This document shows, one piece after another, positions 1 through 8,588 of a stretch of DNA of 64,000 nt (position 1 is its first letter; every line of letters starts with the position of its first letter). The notes beneath the pieces are model-generated. The model did no database searches and was not told the origin of the DNA. It saw only the letters and a list, made by a program, of their open reading frames with translations. Both the position numbers and the translations under genes were made by a program. Source of the stretch: Planctomycetota bacterium. Lineage in GTDB: Bacteria; Planctomycetota; Brocadiia; SM23-32. The DNA is taken from the NCBI GenBank assembly GCA_021161675.1, contig JAGHAF010000077.1, positions 7,404-71,403 of the forward strand, read 5' to 3'.

Positions 1-1
1 A

Positions 2-68
2 CCCTTTGATAAGCCGTTCGACAAGCTCTTGGCCCTGAGCCGTTTCGACTCCGCTCAAGGTCGAAACG
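2..68. repeat. REP-like palindromic element (TTCGAC...GCTCA type)
   Basis: Repeated TTCGACAAGCTC / TTCGACTCCGCTCA units and hairpin CGTTTCGAC(41-49)...GTCGAAACG(60-68) downstream of rpsR. Confidence 0.5.
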
Positions 69-108
69 TTGCGGGACGAACCGGCGCGGGACTTATGAAC
101 TATCCAGG

Positions 109-354
109 TTAATTATACGGCAGGAGGGCCATGAAACGAGCTTGCTTTATGGCGCGTTTGACCATCCGCTGATGGCGCGAACAGTTGCCCGAACGTTTCT
201 TGCTAAATATAGCTCCTTCGCCGGACATCAGGTGCTTAAGTTTCTCCACATCTTTGTAGCTAATCTCCTCCACTCTGTCCCGGCAAAACCGACAGCTTCG
301 GTGTGGCCTCGTTTTTCGCGTGGTGCGTGATCTCACGGCCTGGCGCTCTCCCAT
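109..354 (-). CDS. rpsR: 30S ribosomal protein S18 (zinc-binding form)
   Basis: CRFC...ISYKDVEKL...SGNCSRHQRMVKRAIKQARFMALLPY is the S18 signature. Confidence 0.96.
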   Translation of the reverse strand: MGERQAVRSRTTRKTRPHRSCRFCRDRVEEISYKDVEKLKHLMSGEGAIFSKKRSGNCSRHQRMVKRAIKQARFMALLPYN

Positions 355-390
355 CGAAATTTACATTGAGTCAGCATACCAGAAAGCCGT

Positions 391-419
391 ATCATAGCCC
401 GCGCGAGTCGGGTTGTCAA
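391..419 (-). promoter_or_regulatory. sigma70-type promoter for rpsR
   Basis: Minus strand TTGACA-17 bp-TATGAT. Confidence 0.7.
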
Positions 420-526
420 TCGGACCAGGGCCATGGTAGGCATGCGCTGGGCTGATCCTAAGCCCGCTGGCAGAGGCGCAAGTCTCTCGCCTGTTCTTAG
501 CGGTTCCTTTCTGCGGAGATGCGCAA

Positions 527-1921
527 ATGACGGATAGGATGCAGTGGCTCGGCGTTGAAGGGCGCGACATCGTCAATGAAGACCGCGCCCCAGTGCTGCT
601 CAAAGGCTACTGCCTGGGCGGATGGCTCAACACCGAGAATTTCATCAACGGTTATCCCTTCGTGGACCATGCGTACTTCCAGGCCCTCTGCGACGTCATC
701 GGCCCCTCGATGGCGCATTACTACTACGAGCGGCAGTATGAACACTACCTGACCGAGGCGGACATCGAGCTGCTCGCCGACTGCGGCACGAACTCGGTGC
801 GCGTGCCGTTCAACTACCGCCTCTTCGAGAAGGATTCCAACCCGGGCTGCTACGACGGGCCGGGCTTCGAATACCTGGACCGGCTGGTGAAGTGGTGCCG
901 CAAACACGGGCTCTACGTGATACTGGACCTCCATTCCGCCCAGGGTTGGCAGAACCCGGGCTGGCACTGCGACAACCCGGCGGACGTCTGCCTGCTCTGG
1001 GACAGCCGCCACTACCGCGACCGCGTTGCCGACCTGTGGCAGGCCATCGCCCAGCATTACCGCCAGGAGCCGACCATCGCCGGCTACGAAATCGTCAACG
1101 AACCGGTGGCCCCCACCGGCGATATACTCCAGCAGTTCTATGAGGAGGTCGGCGCCGCCATTCGCAAGGCCGATCAGAATCACATCATCTTCGTCGAGGG
1201 CAACAATTACGGACGCGACTTCGAGGGGTTGGCCCCCTTCGACGACAAGGTCGTCTTCGCCAGCCACCAGTACGTCCCCGGCGCCTACGAGCCTCAGCCC
1301 TATCCCGACGACGTGACAAATCCGGATACCATCGTCGAAACCTACAGGGCCTGCGCGGAATACGCCAGCCAGGCGGGCGCCCCCATGTGGTGCGGCGAGT
1401 TCGGCGTGCAGGGCCACGTCGGCAGCAACGAGATGCGCCAGGGCCGCCTGCGCATCGTAGACGAGCAGATCACCAATTTCGAGCGCCTGGGGCACTCCTG
1501 GTCAATGTGGACCTACAAGGACGTGGGCGTGATGGGCCTGGCCGTGCCCCGCCCCGACACCGAATACATGACGCGGAGCGCGCCGGTTCGAAAGCTCAAA
1601 GACGACCTGGAAGTAGACGAGTGGACAGGCCCGGGCTTCCTGGGAGGCGACACGTTCAGACCTATGCTCCAGCGCGTCGCCGCTCTCGGCGGCCCGGCGC
1701 TGGAGCGGGGGGAGATATGTCGCGTGCTCGGCCGCCAGTGCCGGGACGGCATCGCCAGGCTGCTGCTCAGGCCCTTCGCGGAGCAGTTCGAGGGCATGAG
1801 CAAAGGGCAGCTCGACCAGATGATGCGCTCCTGGCGGCTGGAGAACTGTCGCATCCATGAGGAGATGGTCGCTATCCTGAGGAAACATCGCGCCGTAGGC
1901 GCAACGGAAAAAACGCCATGA
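527..1921 (+). CDS. Glycoside hydrolase family 5, probably cytoplasmic
   Basis: GYCLGGWL, NSVRVPFNY, ILDLH, acid/base IVNEP and nucleophile WCGEFG motifs; no signal peptide. Confidence 0.88.
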   Translation: MTDRMQWLGVEGRDIVNEDRAPVLLKGYCLGGWLNTENFINGYPFVDHAYFQALCDVIGPSMAHYYYERQYEHYLTEADIELLADCGTNSVRVPFNYRLFEKDSNPGCYDGPGFEYLDRLVKWCRKHGLYVILDLHSAQGWQNPGWHCDNPADVCLLWDSRHYRDRVADLWQAIAQHYRQEPTIAGYEIVNEPVAPTGDILQQFYEEVGAAIRKADQNHIIFVEGNNYGRDFEGLAPFDDKVVFASHQYVPGAYEPQPYPDDVTNPDTIVETYRACAEYASQAGAPMWCGEFGVQGHVGSNEMRQGRLRIVDEQITNFERLGHSWSMWTYKDVGVMGLAVPRPDTEYMTRSAPVRKLKDDLEVDEWTGPGFLGGDTFRPMLQRVAALGGPALERGEICRVLGRQCRDGIARLLLRPFAEQFEGMSKGQLDQMMRSWRLENCRIHEEMVAILRKHRAVGATEKTP

Positions 1922-3279
1922 AAGACAGATTGCTTGACCTGTGCCAGAAGCTGCCGGCGGACTACGTCGAAGTGCGCGTTCAGGAGGGCGTCGGCGCCAG
2001 TATCCACTTCGCCGGCAAAGAACTGGAGGACATCGGCGAGAGAACCCAACGGGGCGGCTGCGTCCGCGTGCTCGCCGGCGGCGGGTGGGGATTCGCCACG
2101 TTCGACGACCTGGACCAGGTGGACAGATACGCCCGCATGGCGCTGGAGCAGGCGCAGCTTGTCGGCGGGGAAGCCTTCCGCCTCGCGCCGGTCGAGCCGA
2201 TTCAGGCCTCCTATCGCTCGCCGGTGGACACTGACCCGGCCGACGTGCCGCTCGCCGACAAACACGCCATGTGCCGCCGATATAACGAGGCCATCCTGCG
2301 CCACGACCGTATCCAGACCAGCGCTGTTATCTACCGCGACGGCCATGCAACCACCTGCTTCGCCAACTCGGAGGGCAGCTTCATCGAGCAGACCTACGTC
2401 TTCTGCGGCATCGTGGTGGCCGCCATCGCAGTAGACGGGGCGAATATCCAGCGCGCCCGCGAGGATAACGGCGACCTGCGCGGCTTCGACAAGGTCACAG
2501 GCATGGACGAGGCCTGCGAGAAGGTGGTCCAGCGGGCAATCGAATCCCTCGACGCCCGGCCCGTCCAGGCGGGGTCCCACACAGTGATCCTGGACCCCAG
2601 GCTCTGCGGCGTCTTCATTCACGAGGCATTCGGCCATCTGAGCGAGGCGGACTTCCTCTATGAGAATCCGCGCATGGCCGAGATCATGCGGATCGGCCGC
2701 CGCTTCGGCCCGGACATGCTGAACATCACAGACGACGGCGCCCTCGAGGGCGAGGCGGGTTTTATCGCCTACGACAGCGAAGGCGTGCCCGGCGCCCGCA
2801 CCCCGCTGATAAAGAACGGCGTCCTGGCCGGACGGCTCCACAGCCGCGAGACGGCCGCGAAGATGGGCGAAGAGCCCACCGGCAACGCCCGCGCCATATC
2901 CTACCGCCATCCCCCCATCGTCAGAATGACTAACACCTTCATGGAACCGGGCGAGACGCCGCTGGACGAGATGCTTCAGGAGACCCCCGACGGCATCTAC
3001 GCCGTCGGCTTCCTTGGCGGACAGACCAACAAGGAGATGTTCACCTTCAGCGCTGAGGAAGCGTACAGAATCCGGGGCGGAAAGATCGCAGAGAAAATCC
3101 GCGACGTCGTCCTCACCGGCAACGTCTTCAAAACCCTCCAGGACATCGACCGGATCGGCGATGATCGGAGCATGTACGGCGGCCTGGGTGGCTGTGGAAA
3201 GAAGGGGCAGAGCCCGCTGCGCGTGGGCGACGGCGGGCCGCACTGCCGCATCCAGAACGTAGTGATCGGGGGCCGATAA
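1918..3279 (+). CDS. tldD: TldD metalloprotease subunit
   Basis: HEAFGHLSEAD (HExxxH), YDSEG, VRMTNT, C-terminal GCGKKGQ...GGPH. Confidence 0.92.
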   Translation: MKDRLLDLCQKLPADYVEVRVQEGVGASIHFAGKELEDIGERTQRGGCVRVLAGGGWGFATFDDLDQVDRYARMALEQAQLVGGEAFRLAPVEPIQASYRSPVDTDPADVPLADKHAMCRRYNEAILRHDRIQTSAVIYRDGHATTCFANSEGSFIEQTYVFCGIVVAAIAVDGANIQRAREDNGDLRGFDKVTGMDEACEKVVQRAIESLDARPVQAGSHTVILDPRLCGVFIHEAFGHLSEADFLYENPRMAEIMRIGRRFGPDMLNITDDGALEGEAGFIAYDSEGVPGARTPLIKNGVLAGRLHSRETAAKMGEEPTGNARAISYRHPPIVRMTNTFMEPGETPLDEMLQETPDGIYAVGFLGGQTNKEMFTFSAEEAYRIRGGKIAEKIRDVVLTGNVFKTLQDIDRIGDDRSMYGGLGGCGKKGQSPLRVGDGGPHCRIQNVVIGGR

Positions 3280-3280
3280 T

Positions 3281-4597
3281 ATGCCTGACAACATAGCAGA
3301 ACGAATCCTGGAGATAGCAGCGGCCCGCTTCAGCGCAGCCGAGGTGTTTGAAGAGAACTCCGAAACCGTGAGCGTGGACTTCGAGGACAACCGTCTCAAG
3401 GAGATCACCACCCGCCAGATGCGAGGCGTCGGGCTGCGCATCATCCACGAGGGCCGCATCGGTTTCTCCTCCACGACCGACCTTCGCCGGCCCGAGCGCC
3501 TGGTAGAGATGGCCGCCGCCAGCGCGCAATTCGGCGACGAGGCCGCCTTCGAGCTGCGCGGCCAGCCGGATGGGGCCCCTCAGGTCGAACTCTATGACGA
3601 CCGAACGGCCTCTATGTCCGCGGAGAGAATGGTGGAGATGGGCCGCGAGGGCCTGGACCTGTGCCGCAAGGCAAACCCCGGCTATCTCTACGCCGCCCAG
3701 CTTGGCGCCACTGTCCATCTGCAGCGCGTGCTGAACACCGCCGGCCTGGACTTCGAATACCCCTCGACCGGCATGCGCGCCAGCGTTGAAATCGAGGAAG
3801 TGACCGACGAGGGTCTGCTGCAGGTCTACGAATACAGGACCTGGGGAACTTCCTTCGATACCCTTGCCGACCTTGCCCGCCGCGTGCTCGACAAGATGGC
3901 CGACGCCTCCACCGTGGCCCCCGCGACGCCGCAAGAGATGCCCATGATCTTCACGCCGAAAGCGCTCGATAACCTCCTCATGCCCATTCAGGTGGCCCTG
4001 AACGGCAAACAGGTGCACAAGGGCGCCTCCGTGCTGCGCGGACGGATTGGGGAGCAGGTCCTCGACGAGCGCCTTTCCATCACCGACGACCCCACCATCC
4101 CCTTCGCGCCCGGAAGCTGCCCCGTCGACGACGAAGGAGTGCCGGCCGCGCGCCGGCCCGTCTTTGAGGGCGGCGTCCTGCGCACTTACTTCGCCGACCT
4201 CCAGACTGCCGGCTTGCTGGGCATCGAGCCCACGGGCCACGGATTCCGCGGATACAGCAGCCGGCCCTCCCCCTCCGGCACGAATACCATCATCGCCCCC
4301 GGCGAGACATCCCTGGCCGAGATGAAACGCGATATGGAGCGCGGACTGATCATTGACGAAACCCTCGGCTCGGGCCAGAGCAACGTGCTGGCCGGCGAGT
4401 TCAGCGTCAACGTCCTGCTGGGCTTCCTCGTGGAGCAGGGGCGCATCGTCGGGCGCGTCAAGGACTGCATGGTGGCCGGCAACGTCTACGAAGTCCTCAG
4501 CCGAGTGGAGGCCATCGGCAGCGAACGGCAGTGGCTTGGCAGCGTCTGCGCCCCGCCCATCATGATCCGCGGGCTGAAGCTGGCCGCACAGGGCTGA
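3281..4597 (+). CDS. pmbA: TldE/PmbA subunit
   Basis: Tld family fold motifs (DDPT, DDEGVP, GEFS, AGNVYE), no HExxxH, directly after tldD. Confidence 0.88.
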   Translation: MPDNIAERILEIAAARFSAAEVFEENSETVSVDFEDNRLKEITTRQMRGVGLRIIHEGRIGFSSTTDLRRPERLVEMAAASAQFGDEAAFELRGQPDGAPQVELYDDRTASMSAERMVEMGREGLDLCRKANPGYLYAAQLGATVHLQRVLNTAGLDFEYPSTGMRASVEIEEVTDEGLLQVYEYRTWGTSFDTLADLARRVLDKMADASTVAPATPQEMPMIFTPKALDNLLMPIQVALNGKQVHKGASVLRGRIGEQVLDERLSITDDPTIPFAPGSCPVDDEGVPAARRPVFEGGVLRTYFADLQTAGLLGIEPTGHGFRGYSSRPSPSGTNTIIAPGETSLAEMKRDMERGLIIDETLGSGQSNVLAGEFSVNVLLGFLVEQGRIVGRVKDCMVAGNVYEVLSRVEAIGSERQWLGSVCAPPIMIRGLKLAAQG

Positions 4598-4653
4598 AAG
4601 CGCCGGTCGAATTATGAACTATGAACGGCGCCGACTCTCTTGCCGTTGCCGCG

Positions 4654-4791
4654 CCTGACTCCTGTCTCCTGATCCCTGACTCCTGCCTCCTGATCCCTGA
4701 CTCCTGCCTCCTGATCCCTGACTCCTGTCTCCTGATCCCTGACTCCTGTCTCCTGATCCCTGACTCCTGTCTCCTGATCCCTGACTCCTGT
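4654..4791. repeat. Tandem repeat, 21-bp unit CCTGACT-CCTGYCT-CCTGATC x6.6 (heptamer-based)
   Basis: Six full units plus 12 nt read directly from the sequence; no spacers. Confidence 0.97.
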
Positions 4792-4882
4792 TCTTCAGAT
4801 GGCGCTTTTTTCGTTGACTGCCCATTCGGGTGAAGTGTTACGGATTGCATTGGCGTCCCCGCGCGGATACCATGTTCTCATT

Positions 4883-5344
4883 ATGACCGGCGCATCCAAC
4901 AACGTTAAGATCGTCGCCCGCAACCGCCGCGCGCGCCACGATTACTACATAGAGGATACGTACGAAGCGGGGCTCGCGCTGCAGGGCACCGAGGTCAAGA
5001 GCCTCCGGCAGGGGGAGTGCAGCGTCACCGAGGCATACGCCGCTCCGCGCGGGGACGAGCTGTTCATCTTCGACATGCACATCCCACCCTACGAGGCGGG
5101 CAACATCCAGAACCACGAGCCCACACGCCCGCGCAAGCTGCTGCTGCACCGCTGGCAGCTCGACCGCATCATATCCCGCTGCACACAGCGAGGTTACACA
5201 CTCATCCCGCTTTGCGTGTACTTCAAGGAGGGCCGCGCCAAGGTGGAGATCGCGCTGGCCCAGCGCAGGAAACTCTGGGACAAGCGGCGCAAAACAGAAG
5301 AGCGCCAGCGACGCCGCGACGCGAAACGCGACCTGAGCCGTTGA
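4883..5344 (+). CDS. smpB: SsrA-binding protein SmpB
   Basis: NRRARHDY...EAGLALQGTEVKSLR...RKLLLH...DKR; start moved to ATG 4883. Confidence 0.96.
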   Translation: MTGASNNVKIVARNRRARHDYYIEDTYEAGLALQGTEVKSLRQGECSVTEAYAAPRGDELFIFDMHIPPYEAGNIQNHEPTRPRKLLLHRWQLDRIISRCTQRGYTLIPLCVYFKEGRAKVEIALAQRRKLWDKRRKTEERQRRRDAKRDLSR

Positions 5345-5550
5345 GGGCCTCTCGCAAAGCGGCCAGGCGCACCTCACCACGACGACACGACGGGCACGAC
5401 GGCTAAAGAAGGCAGAAGGATCAAGTCTCAGGAACGGCAGCGGCTTTCGGCCACAGATTCGCACTGCTTGCCCTTCGGGGTCCCGCCGGACCAAGGAATA
5501 GCGCTCACACCGTGAGAGGCGCCAGGGCTGCGGCAAGCGCAAACAGGTCA

Positions 5551-5690
5551 GCGGACAATCTCACCAATTATGACTACAACGCCGCGAACGAGCTGACGAG
5601 CCTGCACGACAAGGTCTCCGACGCGACAAAGCCCCTATGGCGACGGAGCGACGGACGGACTTACTATGCATACGACGCGAACGGCGCCCC
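5551..5690 (+). pseudogene. RHS/YD-repeat protein remnant
   Basis: TNYDYNAANELTSL and RTYYAYDANG are YD-repeat-like; isolated fragment with no convincing start or core. Confidence 0.6.
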
Positions 5691-5782
5691 GGCTTGCGAG
5701 CGCCTACCTGTAACCGGGCAGGTTAGATCTGGAGGCAAGGCGCCTCTCGTTACTGTAGGGCTCGAGCGCGCTGCGCCCGCAT

Positions 5783-5811
5783 TTGCTTTTTGTGGGCAAC
5801 TCGTGTATAGT
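5783..5811 (+). promoter_or_regulatory. Strong sigma70-type promoter facing an ORF-less region
   Basis: TTGCTT-17 bp-TATAGT. Confidence 0.6.
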
Positions 5812-5817
5812 TTATTC

Positions 5818-6430
5818 GAGTAAATCGTAAAATAGTTCCGATTCAGACAGCAGCGGCCATTTTGGCCGGGAGGCGGATCAGGTGAGCAGGAGAGCGCGTT
5901 TGATCGACTCTCAGTGGAGTCAGTGAACGCAGTGTTTTTTCGTCTTTGTCACCTCTTCCCCTGTTCTCCTGCTCGCCTGCTCTATTTCGCCCTGCTTACG
6001 GGGCAAAATCGGGGTCTCTGACAAAGCAAATCTCGAAGATAAGGAAGAATGTCCGCTATGTCCGCAGGATCCGCTATGTCCGTTAAGTCCCGGAAAGGAC
6101 GTTGGACCGGCGAGCTTCGCAAAACGAACCCATTCTGTAGTATCGTCTTGCTACAAAGGCACTTGCGAGCGGTGTCAGAATGCTTGCCCGGGCCGCTACG
6201 TTCATTCGTCGTGGCGGGGCTGGTAAACGTTATGGCGTAGTGGTGAAAGCGCTTGCCATAAGTCGCTGTTCCTACTCCGCTCGCCCGGGAGCCGCGCGAC
6301 GAGCTACGAAAGGCAAGCCGTGGTGAAAAGCGCCGGAACGGTTACAGCAAATCTCAGCCGGGCAGCGGATGTTTCGGACGTCCATTGGCCGCAGGCGACG
6401 GTTGCTCTTTGACATTTCGTAAGCGTTCAC
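5818..6430 (+). ncRNA. Candidate structured non-coding RNA or leader of unknown family
   Basis: Upstream promoter, 17-bp stem with G-U pairs (5879-5895/5963-5979), several hairpins, boxA-like TGCTCTTTGACA at 6403-6414, no credible ORF. Confidence 0.3.
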
Positions 6431-6596
6431 CATCCCGGCCAGCGGGACTGAACACGCAGAGACGGCGAAGGACGCAGGGAAAACAAGGCGGGAAGGAAAG
6501 GTAGCCTACTTCGCCCCGCTGGGGCGGCGCGCATCGCCATGCTTTGTCGGCCTGCGGGCGAGTGCGTTAGAGCAGTAGATCAGTTGATCGCCTCAG

Positions 6597-7556
6597 CTAC
6601 TCCGCCCGCAGGTCCAGCCAGGCCTGTTCCTCAGGGCTCAGTTCCAGATCGAGCGTTTCGATGTCTTGCTCTATCTCCCGCCGGTTGCGACATCCGACAA
6701 TCGCGAAGATGCTGAGCCGCTGGCTGAGGACGTAGGCCAGGGCGACTTGCGGGACGCTCAGTGCTTTCTCTGCGGCGAGCCGGCGCGCCCGATCGAGGCG
6801 GCGGAAGTTCTCCTCGTGGCAGAATGCGCGGACGCAGGCGGGGTCGAGCGTATCCTTGATCTCCTCGAAGTTTTCCGGCGTGAGCCGTCCCGAGAAAAAG
6901 CCCCTGCCCAGGCTCGACCAGGCGAACACCGGCATCCGGGCACGGCGGTACCACTCGCGGGACTGCAGGCCCTCCGGCCCCCCGATGCTCAGGCAGCCCT
7001 CCCAGAGGGGGGCGAACGGCCGCGCCAGGGTGAAGTTCGGGCTGCTGGCCGCGAATGGCGTCAGATTATGCGCCTCGGCGTAGCTGTTGGCCGCCCGGAT
7101 GCGCTCGCATGTCCAGTTGGACGCGCCGAAGGCGCTTATCAATCCCTCGTCGCGAAGCTCATTCAGGACGTCCACGAGCGCCCCCACGTCAACGCTGGGA
7201 TCGTCCCGATGGAGCATGTAGAGGTCCATGTAATCGGCGCCCTGGCGGTCCAGCGATTCCTCGAGGTCCTGCCGGATGGCCCGGGGGTTGACCCGGGGGC
7301 CGAAGTCGTCGTAGTGGGCGCCTTTGCCCAGGATGACCACTTCGTCGCGGACGCCGCGATCGTTGAACCATGCCCCGAGCCTGCTCTCAGTGAGTTCGCC
7401 GTAGACGTGGCCGGTGTCGAAGGTGTTTATGCCCAGCTCGAAGGCGTTATCCAGCAGTTCGAACCCCGCGTCCTGCTGCCATTCTCCCAGCACCATGGTG
7501 CCCAGCACGAGGCGTGAGACGCGCTTCCGGATTCCCGGCACTTCGCCGTATTTCAT
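6597..7556 (-). CDS. Aldo/keto reductase
   Basis: SRLVLGT, FDTGHVYG, DLYMLHRDDP, FGASNW motifs. Confidence 0.92.
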   Translation of the reverse strand: MKYGEVPGIRKRVSRLVLGTMVLGEWQQDAGFELLDNAFELGINTFDTGHVYGELTESRLGAWFNDRGVRDEVVILGKGAHYDDFGPRVNPRAIRQDLEESLDRQGADYMDLYMLHRDDPSVDVGALVDVLNELRDEGLISAFGASNWTCERIRAANSYAEAHNLTPFAASSPNFTLARPFAPLWEGCLSIGGPEGLQSREWYRRARMPVFAWSSLGRGFFSGRLTPENFEEIKDTLDPACVRAFCHEENFRRLDRARRLAAEKALSVPQVALAYVLSQRLSIFAIVGCRNRREIEQDIETLDLELSPEEQAWLDLRAE

Positions 7557-7571
7557 CCGTAAGTCCTCCCG

Positions 7572-8558
7572 TCAGTCGTGTTCCGAAGGATAGGTGAGGC
7601 CCCATTGAGCGCGGATTCGGTCCATCAGGCGCAGGATGGCGAGGGATTCCTCCAGGGGCATGGTCTCGCTTTCCTTCTCTGAGGCGCGGAGGCATCGGAT
7701 GACCTCCTCGGCCTCGTAGTTGTAGCCGTTGCCCTCGTAGGGCGCCTCGATTATTTCTTCCTTGCCGCCGGCGCTGAGCGTGAGGGTCGAGGGGTGCCAG
7801 AAGGGGTGATGGACGCGGATGCGGCCCTCCGTTCCCACCAGCACGGCCTCGTGGGGCGTATTGGCGCGCACGGCGCATGTGAGCAGCGCGAGCTGGCCCT
7901 CCGGGTATCGCAGCACCATGGCGGCCTGTTCGTCCACCCCGGTCTCGCCGATGTGAGCCAGGGAGGCAACGTCGTCCGGCGGCTCACCCAGCAGCAAAGA
8001 GGTAAGTGAGAGGAGATAGCACCCGACGTCCAGGAGCCCGCCGCCGCCGAGCTCAGGGCTCAGCCATCGGCTCTGGGGCTCCCATCCGATGCGGAAGCAG
8101 AAATCGGCCTTCACCATGCGCAGCTCCCCGATGGCGCCCTCCTCCACCAGGTCGCAGAGTTTGGCGATGGCGGGCAGGAAGCGCATCCACATCGCTTCCA
8201 TCAGGAACACGCCTTCCTGCCGGGCGCAGGCGACCATCTGCTCCGCCTGGCGGGCGTTCATGGCGAAGGGTTTCTCGCAGAGCACGGCCTTGCCGGCCTT
8301 CATGCAGAGGATGCTGTTGTCGCGGTGAAAGGTGTTAGGCGTGGCGACGTAGACGACGTCCACGTCGGGGTCCCGCGCGAGTTTCTCGTAGCTGTCATGG
8401 CGGTGGGGGATGTCCCACTGCTCGCCGAACTTGTCGGCGGTGTCTTGCGCGCGGGAGCCGACGGCCACCAGCTCGGCGTCGCGCACGAAGCTCAGTCCCT
8501 CGGCGAAAGAGCCGGCGATGGCGCCGGCGCCGATAATACCCCACTTGACGGGTTCCAT
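7572..8558 (-). CDS. Gfo/Idh/MocA family oxidoreductase
   Basis: WGIIGAGAIA, VLCEKP, GGGLLDVGCY. Confidence 0.92.
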   Translation of the reverse strand: MEPVKWGIIGAGAIAGSFAEGLSFVRDAELVAVGSRAQDTADKFGEQWDIPHRHDSYEKLARDPDVDVVYVATPNTFHRDNSILCMKAGKAVLCEKPFAMNARQAEQMVACARQEGVFLMEAMWMRFLPAIAKLCDLVEEGAIGELRMVKADFCFRIGWEPQSRWLSPELGGGGLLDVGCYLLSLTSLLLGEPPDDVASLAHIGETGVDEQAAMVLRYPEGQLALLTCAVRANTPHEAVLVGTEGRIRVHHPFWHPSTLTLSAGGKEEIIEAPYEGNGYNYEAEEVIRCLRASEKESETMPLEESLAILRLMDRIRAQWGLTYPSEHD

Positions 8559-8588
8559 TTCACTGTCTCCTTCGTGGTTTAGATGTTC

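Noticed and set aside
1513-3474. Long antisense ORFs (also 40764-42269, 53332-55092, 19357-20919 and many others)
   Set aside because: Shadow frames opposite well-supported genes in high-GC DNA, with no recognisable motifs
4654-4791. CRISPR array, or the repeat-encoded ORFs (RRQESGI, PDSCLLI)
   Set aside because: Units are contiguous with no spacers and no cas genes; the ORFs are by-products of a stop-free 21-bp repeat
5345-6596. tmRNA (ssrA) or RNase P RNA next to smpB
   Set aside because: No tRNA-Ala-like ends (GGGG...TTCGA...CCACCA), tag frame, or GAGGAAAGTCC signature found on either strand
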